The position numbers and the translations under genes were made by a program. Below are positions 43,901 to 50,931 of a DNA stretch of 64,000 bases, one piece after another (position 1 is the first letter of the stretch; each line of letters begins with the position of its first letter). The stretch is from assembly GCA_963797865.1 (NCBI GenBank), contig CAWCRJ010000008.1, positions 24,778-88,777 of the forward strand, in the 5' to 3' direction. The notes under the pieces were generated by a model, which worked only from the letters and a program-made list of their open reading frames with translations, made no database searches and was not told the DNA's origin. This stretch comes from an uncultured Actinomycetota bacterium (GTDB taxonomy: Bacteria > Actinomycetota > Actinomycetes > Mycobacteriales > Mycobacteriaceae).

Positions 43901-44210
43901 AGCAGGGTTGGTGACCAGCCTTGGGTTCGGCCATGTTTCGGGGCTGGTCGCGCTGGTGCACCCGCAGGCGTTCGTCGCCGCGCTCGACCCGCAGCAGCGT
44001 GCGGACTACCAGCGACGCGCGGATGCACGCGTGCTGGCCGGTCAGCGGCGGCTGGCATCGGCGATCGCCGGCGGCGCGGCGATGTACGAGCGGCCGCCGA
44101 ACCGTCGCTTCGACAGCGACGTGCCGGAGAAGCGTCAAGAGGCGGCGATGCTGCTGAACCCGGATTCGCGCCTGGGTGATGGAGACGCCTACCAGGTCTC
44201 TGCCGGATGA
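34953..44210 (+). CDS. fas: Type I fatty acid synthase (FAS-I)
   Basis: 3085 aa; GHSQG (AT), GGHHSW (ER), SGDHNPIH (DH), GHSVGE (MPT), DGASSRRNQ (ACP), GACATAA (KS). Confidence 0.98.
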   Translation: MTIHEHDRVSADRAGQGPLGSKNPGNTLALVDRLTAGEPYAVAFGGQGSAWLETLEELVSSAGIESELATLVGEVNLLLEPVAKELVVVRPIGFEPLSWVRALAAEDPVPSDKHLTSAAVSIPGVLLTQIAAVRALARQGMDLKATPPVAVAGHSQGVLAVEALKAGGARDVELLAMAQLIGAAGTLVARRRGISVLGDRPPMVSVTNADPERIGRLLDEFAQDVRTVLPPVLSIRNGRRSVVITGTPEQLSRFELYCQQISEKEEADRKNKLRGGDVFAPVFDPVQVEVGFHTPRLADGIDIVGGWAEKVGLDVELARQLTESILVRPVDWVEEITRVNDAGARWILDLGPGDILTRLTAPVIRGLGVGIVPAATRGGQRNLFTVGAVPEVGRAWSSYAPTLVRLPDGRVKLSTKFTRLTGRSPILLAGMTPTTVDAKIVAAAANAGHWAELAGGGQVTEEIFADRVAQMSGLLEDGRTYQFNALFLDPYLWKLQVGGKRLVQKARQSGAAIDGLVISAGIPDLEDAVDLIEELGEVGISHVVFKPGTVEQIRSVIRIATEVSTKPVIAHIEGGRAGGHHSWEDLDDLLLATYSELRSRSNITVCVGGGIGTPERAAEYLSGRWAQTYGFPLMPIDGILVGTAAMAAKEATTSPSVKRMLVETQGTDQWIGAGKASGGMASSRSQLGADIHEIDNSASRCGRLLDEVAGDADAVAERRDEIIAAMANTAKPYFGDAGEMTYLQWLQRYVELSIGDGDSTADTASPGSPWLADTWRDRFEQMLQRAEARLHARDFGPIETVFDGSTDDGAQLLENPSEAIATLLAHYPDAERVQLHPADVPFFVTLCKLLGKPVNFVPVIDKDVRRWWRSDSLWQAHDARYDADQVCIIPGTAAVAGITRMDEPIGELLDRFEQAAIDEALAAGAEPTAVTSRRTGRADVTGPLAVVLDAPDVQWAGRTATNPVHRIADPSDWLVHDGPESRRATHSSTGAQLQVDGDRVVLSVPVSGTWIDIPFTLPPNTVDGATPVVSTEDAATAMRAVLAIAAGVDGPEFLPSVNDGTATVTVDWDPERVADHTGVTATFGEPLAPSLTTVPDALVGPCWPAVFSAIGSAVTDAGVPVVEGLLSLVHLDHAAHMVGKLPTAQSQLTITATTSVAIDTDLGRVVPVSVTITDTDGQAIATLDERFAILGRTGAAELTDPTRAGGAVSQNATDTPRRRRRDVAITAPVDMRPFAVVSGDHNPIHTDRAAALLAGLESPIVHGMWLSAAAQHAVTATDGQARPPARLIGWTARFLGMVRPGDEVAFRVDRVGIDQGAEVLEVAARIGSDLVMSATARLAAPHTVYAFPGQGIQHKGMGMDVRARSKAARKVWDKADKFTRNTLGFSVLHVVRDNPTSIIASGVHYNHPEGVLYLTQFTQVAMATVAAAQVAEMREQGAFVEDAIACGHSVGEYTALACVTGIYELEALLETVFHRGSKMHDIVPRDELGRSNYRLAAIRPSQIDLPDDEVPEFVADIAANTGEFLEIVNFNLRGSQYAIAGTVRGLEALEAEVERRRKISGGKRSFILVPGIDVPFHSRVLRVGVAEFRRSLDRVMPRDKDPDVIIGRYIPNLVPRPFTLDRDFIQEIRDLVPAEPLDPILADYDTWLAERRIEMARIVLIELLAWQFASPVRWIETQDLLFTEEAAGGRGVERFVEIGVKSAPTVAGLATNTLKLPEYAHSTVEVLNAERDAAVLFATDTDPEPESEDEPEAAADSASAPEAAAATPAPAAAPSGAARPDDIGFDAADATLALIALSAKMRIDQIEELDSIESITDGASSRRNQLLVDLGSELNLGAIDGAAEADLAGLRAQVTKLARTYKPYGPVLSDAINDQLRTVLGPSGKRPGAIAERVKKTWELGEGWAKHVTVEVALGTREGTSVRGGAMGHLHEGALADAASVDKAIDAAVASVAARRGIAVALPSSGGGGGASIDAAALGEFTDQITGRDGVLASAARLVLNQLGLDDPVGTSPAATDAELIDLVTAELGADWPRLVSPVFEPKKAVLFDDRWASAREDLVKLWLNDEGDIDARWVDLSERFEGAGHVVATQATWWQGRALSAGRQIHASLYGRIAAGAENPDPGPYSSEVAVVTGASKGSIAASVIGRLLDGGATVIATTSKLDDERLAFYRGLYRDHARFGAALWVVAANMASYSDIDALVEWVGTEQTESLGPQSIHIKDAQTPTLLFPFAAPRVAGDLSEAGSRSEMEMKVLLWAVQRLIGGLSKIGAERDIASRLHVVLPGSPNRGMFGGDGAYGEAKSALDALVSRWHAESSWAVRVSLAHALIGWTRGTGLMGHNDAIVDAVQEAGVTTYSTDEMAAMLLSLCDIESKVAAAGAPIKADLTGGLGEANLDMAELAAKAREQATSTSDDEAEASGAEGTIAALPSPPRGFTPAPPPEWADLDVDPADLVVIVGGAELGPYGSSRTRFEMEVDNELSAAGVLELAWTTGLIRWEDDPQPGWYDTQSGDLVDESELVERYHDTVVERCGIREFVDDGAIDPDHAAPLLVSVFLDKDFAFVVSSEADARAFVEFDPEHTIIRPVPDSTDWQVIRKAGTEIRVPRKTKLSRTVGAQIPTGFDPTVFGISQDMASSTDRVALWNIVATVDAFLSSGFTPAELMRWVHPGLVASTQGTGMGGMTSMQTMYHGNLLGRSKPNDILQEVLPNVVAAHVIQSYVGSYGAMIHPVGACATAAVSVEEGVDKIRLGKAELVVAGGFDDLTLEAIIGFGDMAATADTGMMRGRGIHDSKFSRPNDRRRLGFLEAQGGGTILLARGDLALKMGLPVLAVVAYAQSFADGVHTSIPAPGLGALGAGRGGKDSALARSLTKLGVGADDVAVVSKHDTSTLANDPNETELHERLADSLGRSEGAPLFVVSQKSLTGHAKGGAAVFQMMGLCQILRDGVIPPNRSLDCVDDELAGSAHFVWVRETLRLGGEFPLKAGLVTSLGFGHVSGLVALVHPQAFVAALDPQQRADYQRRADARVLAGQRRLASAIAGGAAMYERPPNRRFDSDVPEKRQEAAMLLNPDSRLGDGDAYQVSAG

Positions 44211-44218
44211 CTCGGTGT

Positions 44219-44269
44219 ATTGCCCGGCTTCTTCCCGGTCTGCTGCGCGGACCGCATCGTCGCCGCGCT
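44219..44269 (+). repeat. Degenerate MIRU-like intergenic element
   Basis: ATTGCCCGGCTTCTTCC...GCATCGTCGCCGCGC between fas and acpS. Confidence 0.45.
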
Positions 44270-44294
44270 CGGCCATCCGTTAGCCTGGCGACCC

Positions 44295-44693
44295 ATGGGA
44301 ATTGTCGGTGTGGGGATCGATCTCGTCTCCATTCCTGATTTCGCCGAGCAGGTCGACCAACCGGGAACCGTCTTCTCCGAGACGTTCACCCCGGGAGAGC
44401 GCCGCGACGCCTCGGACAAGAGTTCGTCGGCGGCGCGTCACCTGGCGGCCCGCTGGGCCGCGAAGGAGGCCGTGATCAAGGCCTGGTCGGGATCCCGGTT
44501 CGCCCAGCGTCCGGTGCTGCCGGAGGACATCCACCGCGACATCGAGGTGGTCACCGACATGTGGGGCCGCCCGCGGGTTCGGCTGAGCGGCGACATCGCC
44601 AAACACCTGGCCGAAGTGATCATTCACGTGTCGCTGACGCACGAAGGCGATACGGCCGCCGCGGTGGCCATTCTGGAGACGGCGGCCGATTAG
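44295..44693 (+). CDS. acpS: Holo-ACP synthase
   Basis: MGIVGVGIDLV, ARWAAKEAVIKA, HVSLTHEGD; TAGCCT -10 at 44281 suggests a leaderless transcript. Confidence 0.96.
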   Translation: MGIVGVGIDLVSIPDFAEQVDQPGTVFSETFTPGERRDASDKSSSAARHLAARWAAKEAVIKAWSGSRFAQRPVLPEDIHRDIEVVTDMWGRPRVRLSGDIAKHLAEVIIHVSLTHEGDTAAAVAILETAAD

Positions 44694-44785
44694 CCGCGGT
44701 CGCCGAGTGTGGGGCATATGGACGAATTCACGCCGGTTTTCGTACCTAGCCCCCACACTCGACGGCGTGCGCGTAGGAGGAGGGC

Positions 44786-46112
44786 ATGAGCGATCTGGTT
44801 GAGCGCGTCCGCGAGTTGCTGCCGTCGGTGCGGCGCGATCTGGAAGATTTGGTGCGCATCGAATCGGTGTGGGCCGACCCCGGCCGCCGCGACGATGTAC
44901 ACCGCAGCGCGCGGGCGGTCGCGGATCTATTGTCGCAGGCCGGCTTCGACGACGTGCAGATCGTCAGCGAAGGGGGAGCGCCGGCTGTCATCGCCCGCCA
45001 TCCCGCGCCACCCGGCGCACCAACCGTGCTGCTGTATGCCCATCACGACGTGCAGCCCGAGGGTGAGCGCAGCCAATGGGTGTCGCCGCCTTTCGAGCCC
45101 ACCGAACGTAACGGACGGCTCTACGGGCGCGGGGCCGCCGACGACAAGGCCGGAATCGCAACACATTTGGCGGCATTTCGCGCGCACGGCGGCCAGCCGC
45201 CGGTGGGCGTGACGGTTTTCGTCGAGGGCGAGGAGGAATCCGGTTCGCCGTCCCTTGGCGGATTGCTTGCCGCGCACCGCGACACGCTCGCCGCCGACGT
45301 GATCGTCATCGCCGACTCGGACAACTGGGCCACCGACACCCCGGCGCTGACGGTGTCACTGCGCGGCCTGGTCGACTGCGTGGTCGAGGTCGCCACCCTC
45401 GACCACGGCCTGCACTCCGGCATGTGGGGCGGGGTGGTGCCCGATGCGCTCAGCGTCCTGGTGCGGTTGTTGGCCAGCCTGCACGACGACGACGGCAACG
45501 TGGCGGTCGCCGGCCTGCACGAAAGCACCGCCGCCGCAGTGGATTACCCGCCCGAGCGGGTGCGTGCCGACTCCGGTCTGCTGAACGGGGTATCCGAGAT
45601 CGGTTCGGGCTCAGTGCCGCAGCGGCTGTGGGCCAAACCCGCGATCACCGTGATCGGCATCGACACCACACCTATCGAGAAGGCGTCGAACACCCTCATC
45701 CCACGGGCCCGGGCCAAGATCAGCATGCGCGTCGCGCCAGGCGGCGACGCCGCGGCGCACCTGGACGCCGTTGACCGCACACCTGCAGCAGCATGCGCCG
45801 TGGGGCGCACACGTCAGCGTCACCCCCGGCGACATCGGTGAGCCCTACGCGATCGATGCCACCGGCGGTGTCTACGACGCTGCGCGGGCCGCGTTCCGGC
45901 AGGGGTGGGGGACCGATCCGATCGACATGGGCATGGGCGGGTCGATCCCGTTCATCGCCGAGTTCGCCCAGGCTTTCCCGGAGGCGAAGATCCTCGTCAC
46001 CGGCGTGGAAGATCCCGCGACGCAAGCCCACAGCATCAACGAGAGCCTGCATCTGGGGGTGCTCGAACGCGCCGCCATTGCCGAAGCACTGCTGCTGACC
46101 AACCTGGGCTGA
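44786..46112 (+). pseudogene. M20 dipeptidase (Rv2522c ortholog); +1 frameshift near 45772 (possibly sequencing error)
   Basis: YAHHDVQP, GRGAADDK, EGEEE; C-terminal GGSIPF and AHSINES in a second frame. Confidence 0.88.
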
Positions 46113-46206
46113 TCAGCAAACTCGACCCCCGGATTGCACATGTAGGTCGGTCGTTTCGCCGCATACTGCTTCTATATGCAGCCACTCGTGGGCAGGAGAG
46201 GCCACC

Positions 46207-47574
46207 GTGAGTACGGAAGACACCCTGACCGGTCACGCCGGTAAGACCAACCGTTACCACTTTGATCGCCACACCCCGGAGTATCGCGAGCGGTTCGCCG
46301 CGATCACCGAAGAGATGCACGCCAGGTGCCCGGTGGCGTGGACCGACACCTACGACGGGCATTGGGTGGCCGCGGGCAACCGGGAAGTCTTCGAGCTCGC
46401 TCGATGCCCGCACGTCTCTAACGACCACGACGTCACTGGTGAAGGCACCGGCTACAAAGGCATCACGATTCCCACACTGCCGCAGGGCACCGGCGTCCGT
46501 GGCGGCATGCTCGAGATGGACGAACCCGAGCACTCTGCCTACCGCAGCATCCTCAACCCCTACCTGTCGCCGGCAGCCGTCAAGCGCTGGAAGCCGTTTG
46601 TCGACGAGATCGTGCGGGCGAGCATCGACGAGAAAATCGAAGTCGGGCGGATCGACTTCGTCGACGATCTCGCGAACGTCGTGCCCGCCGTTCTGACACT
46701 GGCGATGATGGGCGTTCCGCTGAAGAAGTGGCAGCTTTATTGCGAGCCGGCCCACGCCAATGTCTACACCCCCGCCGATTCCCCGGACGCCCCAAGGGTT
46801 TTGGAGCAGACGATGGCGATGGGAGCGGACCTGTTCAACCACCTCCTCGAGATCCGCGAGAACCCGCGCCCCGGCCTGGTGGACGCGATGGCAAGACTGA
46901 AGATCGACGGCGAACCCGCCCCCGACGCCGAACTGCTCGGGATGCTCGGCTTGATCATCGGCGGAGGTTTTGACACGACGACGGCGTTGACGGCGCACGC
47001 ACTCGAATGGCTGGCGGAAAATCCCGAGCAGCGCGAACTGCTGAGGCGCGATTCGGAAACGCTGCTCGACTCGGCGACCGAAGAATTTCTGCGTTACTTC
47101 ACGCCTGCTCCGGGCGACGGGCGCACGATCGCCGCCGACCTCGAAATAGCGGGCACCCAGTTCAAGGAGGGCGATCGCCTGTGGTTGTCCTGGGCGATGG
47201 CGAACCGCGACCCCGCGGTGTTTCCCGATCCGAATCGATTAGAGCTGAGCCGAAAGAACAACCGGCACTTCAGCTTTGGGCTCGGCATCCACCGCTGCAT
47301 CGGCTCCAATGTCGCGCGGGTCGTTTTCAAGTCGATGCTCACGGCGGTGCTCGACCGGATGCCGGACTACCGCTGCGACCCCGAGGGCACCGTGCACTAT
47401 CCGACGATCGGCGTGATCCAGGGCATGCAGCACCTTCCGGCCACCTTCACGCCCGGCAGGCGGCTCGGACCGGGGATCGACGAGACGCTGGAGAAGCTGC
47501 AGCGGGTCTGCGACGAACAAGGAATCGCTCGGCCCATCACCGAGTACCACGAGGCAGCCGTCATCGGCGACTGA
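46207..47574 (+). CDS. Cytochrome P450
   Basis: GGGFDTT, EEFLR, ANRDP, FSFGLGIHRCIG. Confidence 0.93.
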   Translation: MSTEDTLTGHAGKTNRYHFDRHTPEYRERFAAITEEMHARCPVAWTDTYDGHWVAAGNREVFELARCPHVSNDHDVTGEGTGYKGITIPTLPQGTGVRGGMLEMDEPEHSAYRSILNPYLSPAAVKRWKPFVDEIVRASIDEKIEVGRIDFVDDLANVVPAVLTLAMMGVPLKKWQLYCEPAHANVYTPADSPDAPRVLEQTMAMGADLFNHLLEIRENPRPGLVDAMARLKIDGEPAPDAELLGMLGLIIGGGFDTTTALTAHALEWLAENPEQRELLRRDSETLLDSATEEFLRYFTPAPGDGRTIAADLEIAGTQFKEGDRLWLSWAMANRDPAVFPDPNRLELSRKNNRHFSFGLGIHRCIGSNVARVVFKSMLTAVLDRMPDYRCDPEGTVHYPTIGVIQGMQHLPATFTPGRRLGPGIDETLEKLQRVCDEQGIARPITEYHEAAVIGD

Positions 47575-48048
47575 CTACACCGACAGATCGCGGCGCAGCT
47601 TGGCGACGTGGCCGGTCGCCTTCACGTTGTACTGCGCGACCTCGATCTTGCCCTTATCGTCGACCACGAAGGTGGAGCGGATGACGCCGGTGACCGTCTT
47701 CCCGTACATCTGCTTCTCGCCGTAGGCGCCATAGGCCGTCAGGACCTGGCGGTCGGGGTCCGACAGCAGCGGGAACGTCAGCTTCTCGGTGTCACGGAAC
47801 TTGGCGAGCTTCTCCGGCTTGTCGGGAGAGATCCCGATGACGTCGAGGCCGGCACCGTTGAGCTCGGCCAGGCTGTCCCGAAAGTCGCACGCCTGCTTGG
47901 TGCACCCCGGCGTCGACGCGGCCGGGTAGAAGTACACGACGACGCGACGCCCCTTGTAGTCGGCCAGCGACACCTTGTTGCCCTCAGCGTCGGGCAGGCT
48001 GAAGGAGGGCGCTTTGTCGCCCGGTGCAAGCCGCGTGGTCTCGGTCAA
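47575..48048 (-). CDS. bcp: Thioredoxin-dependent peroxiredoxin Bcp
   Basis: YFYPAASTPGCTKQACDFRD; TTG start at 48048 after GAAAGG. Confidence 0.95.
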   Translation of the reverse strand: MTETTRLAPGDKAPSFSLPDAEGNKVSLADYKGRRVVVYFYPAASTPGCTKQACDFRDSLAELNGAGLDVIGISPDKPEKLAKFRDTEKLTFPLLSDPDRQVLTAYGAYGEKQMYGKTVTGVIRSTFVVDDKGKIEVAQYNVKATGHVAKLRRDLSV

Positions 48049-48152
48049 GGTAAGTACCTTTCTTTTCACCGGAGCGTTGGGGTTACCGCGTGCTGATCTA
48101 GGGTAGTTCGGGCAGGTGTAGGAGCTGGATAGTGGGCGACTTGGAGGACACA

Positions 48153-48380
48153 GTGGCGGATCGGGACCCCGAAGCCATCAAGCAGGACATCGACGTCGCC
48201 CGTGACCAGCTGGCGGCCACCGTCGACTCGCTTGCCGAGCGCGCCAACCCCCGGCGCCTCGCCGACGACCTGAAGGTCCGGGTGATCGGATTCGTGCAGA
48301 AGCCCGCGGTGCTGGCGTCGCTGGCCGGGGTCGGGGCTCTCGTCGTGGTGGTGGCAGTGCGCCGCGTCAGGAATCGGTGA
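48153..48380 (+). CDS. DUF3618 membrane-anchored protein (Rv2520c ortholog)
   Basis: GGAGG RBS; DPEAIKQDIDVARDQLAATVDSL; C-terminal TM. Confidence 0.88.
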   Translation: MADRDPEAIKQDIDVARDQLAATVDSLAERANPRRLADDLKVRVIGFVQKPAVLASLAGVGALVVVVAVRRVRNR

Positions 48381-48417
48381 CGCGACCGGTCTGGACGTGC
48401 ACAGCAATGTCGTCGGC

Positions 48418-48606
48418 TCAGGGCCGGTTGGTGGCCATGTCGTCGACGTCGCAGTAGCCGCGTTCGGATTCGCCCGTCGCCGCATCGACCGGCCGAGCAC
48501 TCATTGGGCACAGGACTTCGCTCTCACACAGGTTGTCATCGTCCTCGTCATAGTCGGCCGTCGCTCGGTGCGCCAGGGTCAGCAGCGCGCGTCCGTGGGT
48601 GGTCAT
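48418..48606 (-). CDS. Possible small hypothetical protein
   Basis: 62-aa ORF only; no clear RBS or motif. Confidence 0.25.
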   Translation of the reverse strand: MTTHGRALLTLAHRATADYDEDDDNLCESEVLCPMSARPVDAATGESERGYCDVDDMATNRP

Positions 48607-48745
48607 TGCCCCGGAACGCGAGGGCCAGGTGCAGCGGTATGCGCGATCCGGTTAGCCGCGCCACCGGCTTCCGGTGGTCTGGGCTCGGCATCGCCGCGGA
48701 GGTGCCTTTGCTACGCCGAGACGCCAGGCGGCGATGGCGCTTCGG

Positions 48746-49012
48746 CTACTCCCGGCCCGGTGGGTCGTTCTCGGCCATGTAGGCCTCCCATGCGGCGCGG
48801 CGCACGGTCCGGGCGTGCAGGTCCTGACAGATCGCCTGTGCGTCGGCCGCGGTAGTGGCCCGGCCCAGGTCGTGGTGCACGAAGCCGTCATCGACACGTT
48901 CGGCGCGGAAACCGCCCGTCGAGACCACGTGAACTCGATACTCGCTGCGGTCGTCGATGTTGGCGTGGAAGTGGCCCTCATGGAGCTCGACCCACTTCAG
49001 CTCCGTTTTCAC
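48746..49012 (-). CDS. Hypothetical 88-aa protein
   Basis: GTG start with AGAGGGGA RBS; normal codon usage. Confidence 0.7.
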   Translation of the reverse strand: MKTELKWVELHEGHFHANIDDRSEYRVHVVSTGGFRAERVDDGFVHHDLGRATTAADAQAICQDLHARTVRRAAWEAYMAENDPPGRE

Positions 49013-49146
49013 AAGTCCCCTCTGGAAAACCCCGCCGCAGAGATGGTAGGGCTCGTGGGGGTGAGAAGGACTTCTCGGAGATCATTACCCATCGGGTGAA
49101 CCCCCTGAAGTGGAGAAGCCGCCAAATAGCGAATATTCGGGTGGGC

Positions 49147-49222
<76 letters not shown>

Positions 49223-49404
49223 TTGTTGTCGGCCGAGACCGCGTAGGCGACAATAACAGGCGTTCCGCCACGGAGTGAAATCCCGACCTCGTTCCAGGGT
49301 AGCCATCGCCGCCATGCGGCGAACAATGCTGGGCCGCCGGCTGTGTGCTCCGGTGACGCGCTTCGATCAAATAGCTTGTGGCACACGATCGACACACGGA
49401 CAGC

Positions 49405-50643
49405 TTAGAAAAGCGTCCCGCAGTACGGGGCCCGCTCGGTGCTGAAAGCGGCATCCAGTTCGCCCAGTGCGCCTGGGCGCAGTTCCGTGATGCGGCCCGC
49501 GCGCAGAAGGTCACGGGCGCTGTGTGCGCCCATGTAGATCGTCGCCAAATCGGCCAGCCCGACTTTGATGTCGGGGGGCCCGTCGTGCATCGTGCACTTG
49601 CCGGCGCCGTCTCGCGCCTGAAGGAGGAATTGTCCCCCCGCGAGGTTGAGGGGGTCTGCAACTTCTAGTGCGACGTCGGCATCGGCGCTGTACACCCGAG
49701 CCCCAAGCACTTCGGGCACGTCGTTGATTCGCGCCCACAGGAAATCGGTCACGCCTTTCGTTCGAGCGGCGCGCGGATTCCGCAATTTGAGCGGAAGCGG
49801 GTCATCGCGCGGCACCTCGATCTCTATCCGGTCGAACATGTCCATGAGCAACAAGGTCTGAAGCAGTTCGGTATGAGCTTCATCGGTGATGGGACAGAAG
49901 TCCTCGACAATCACGGTGCCGAAAGGCGGCTGAAATGTGTGGTGCGGCTGATCGGCGATCCGATATGTCAGAAAGCCGTCAGGATGCACTGTGTGATAAA
50001 GCGCAGATCTGTCGCCTCGCTGTGTCGGCCTATCTTCCAAATAGTCCTCCCACCAAGCGCTATCGCGCGCCACGGCCCCCGCGGTGTTGGCGCACCACCG
50101 CTCATAGATTGCCGGCAAAAGGCGTCTTGCCTGGGCGGCGTTGACCTCGCGCGACCGATTGGTGCTCGGTGCGGCTCGCAGCTTCGCAGCGCGACGATCG
50201 ATCGAGTAAGTGTGGCCGTGCGTCGCGGCGCCGGCGCCAAAGCGGTCGTATATCCCGGTCTGGGTCGGAACACCGCAGATGATCGGGTAGCCGCGCTCCA
50301 ACAGGATTCCCAGGCCCTGGGCGCTGAGCTGCAGCCAGATTCCCCTTCCCTGATGTGACGATGCGACCGTTATCATCGTCAGCCAGGCAGCTCGCAGGCT
50401 TATGCCCCCCGGCACGGTCAGCCGCGAGCGATAAATGATCGACGTCCCCACCGGAAAGGCGTCCTCCGGATCGGAGACGTCTTCGGCAATCAGAATGTCT
50501 TCAAGGGAGACTCGCCGTTTCCAGGCTTCGACTGTGGCCCGGTCCGCCGGGTCCCCGAAAATGCGGGCCTGATTCTCGTACAAAGACAGCCAGTCGTTTT
50601 CGGTTGGATGTCTAATCGTGATGGCGTTGTCCGCCGCGTCCAT
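49405..50643 (-). CDS. Eis-like acetyltransferase (GNAT + SCP2 domains)
   Basis: LTVPGG, TVASSHQGRG, IYDRFG, LWARINDVP, LATIYMG, C-terminal PYCGTLF. Confidence 0.88.
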   Translation of the reverse strand: MDAADNAITIRHPTENDWLSLYENQARIFGDPADRATVEAWKRRVSLEDILIAEDVSDPEDAFPVGTSIIYRSRLTVPGGISLRAAWLTMITVASSHQGRGIWLQLSAQGLGILLERGYPIICGVPTQTGIYDRFGAGAATHGHTYSIDRRAAKLRAAPSTNRSREVNAAQARRLLPAIYERWCANTAGAVARDSAWWEDYLEDRPTQRGDRSALYHTVHPDGFLTYRIADQPHHTFQPPFGTVIVEDFCPITDEAHTELLQTLLLMDMFDRIEIEVPRDDPLPLKLRNPRAARTKGVTDFLWARINDVPEVLGARVYSADADVALEVADPLNLAGGQFLLQARDGAGKCTMHDGPPDIKVGLADLATIYMGAHSARDLLRAGRITELRPGALGELDAAFSTERAPYCGTLF

Positions 50644-50864
50644 CGCTCGTCCAATCCGGTACTGGTCCAAGAAGACCGGTCGCCCTGCGCATCGAGTCCA
50701 CTACCGAGGGCGCCGCTTCCGACCGATACCCGTGTACAGGTCGATCAAACGTAGTTATCGCCCCAACGCTGCTAGATCGCCTCTGCTTCCCCGACGGCGA
50801 GTGGCCCTGCTCACTCGGAGCGCCGGCCCCGGTTATCGGTCGGGGGCAGCAATTGGGAGCGCGG

Positions 50865-50891
50865 GGAATCAGCCGGCCCCCATCGGGGTAT
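50865..50891 (+). promoter_or_regulatory. SigF-type promoter upstream of mmpL
   Basis: GGAAT-N16-GGGTAT fits GGWWT-N16/17-GGGTAY. Confidence 0.6.
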
Positions 50892-50931
50892 AAGGATTGG
50901 CCGGGGGGAGTTGGCACCGAAAGGACCAGAG

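Noticed and set aside
35313-44276. Long antisense ORFs (460-822 aa) opposite fas, and similar ones opposite ALDH, mmpL and accD1
   Set aside because: Shadow frames expected from high-GC codon bias; no motifs or RBS
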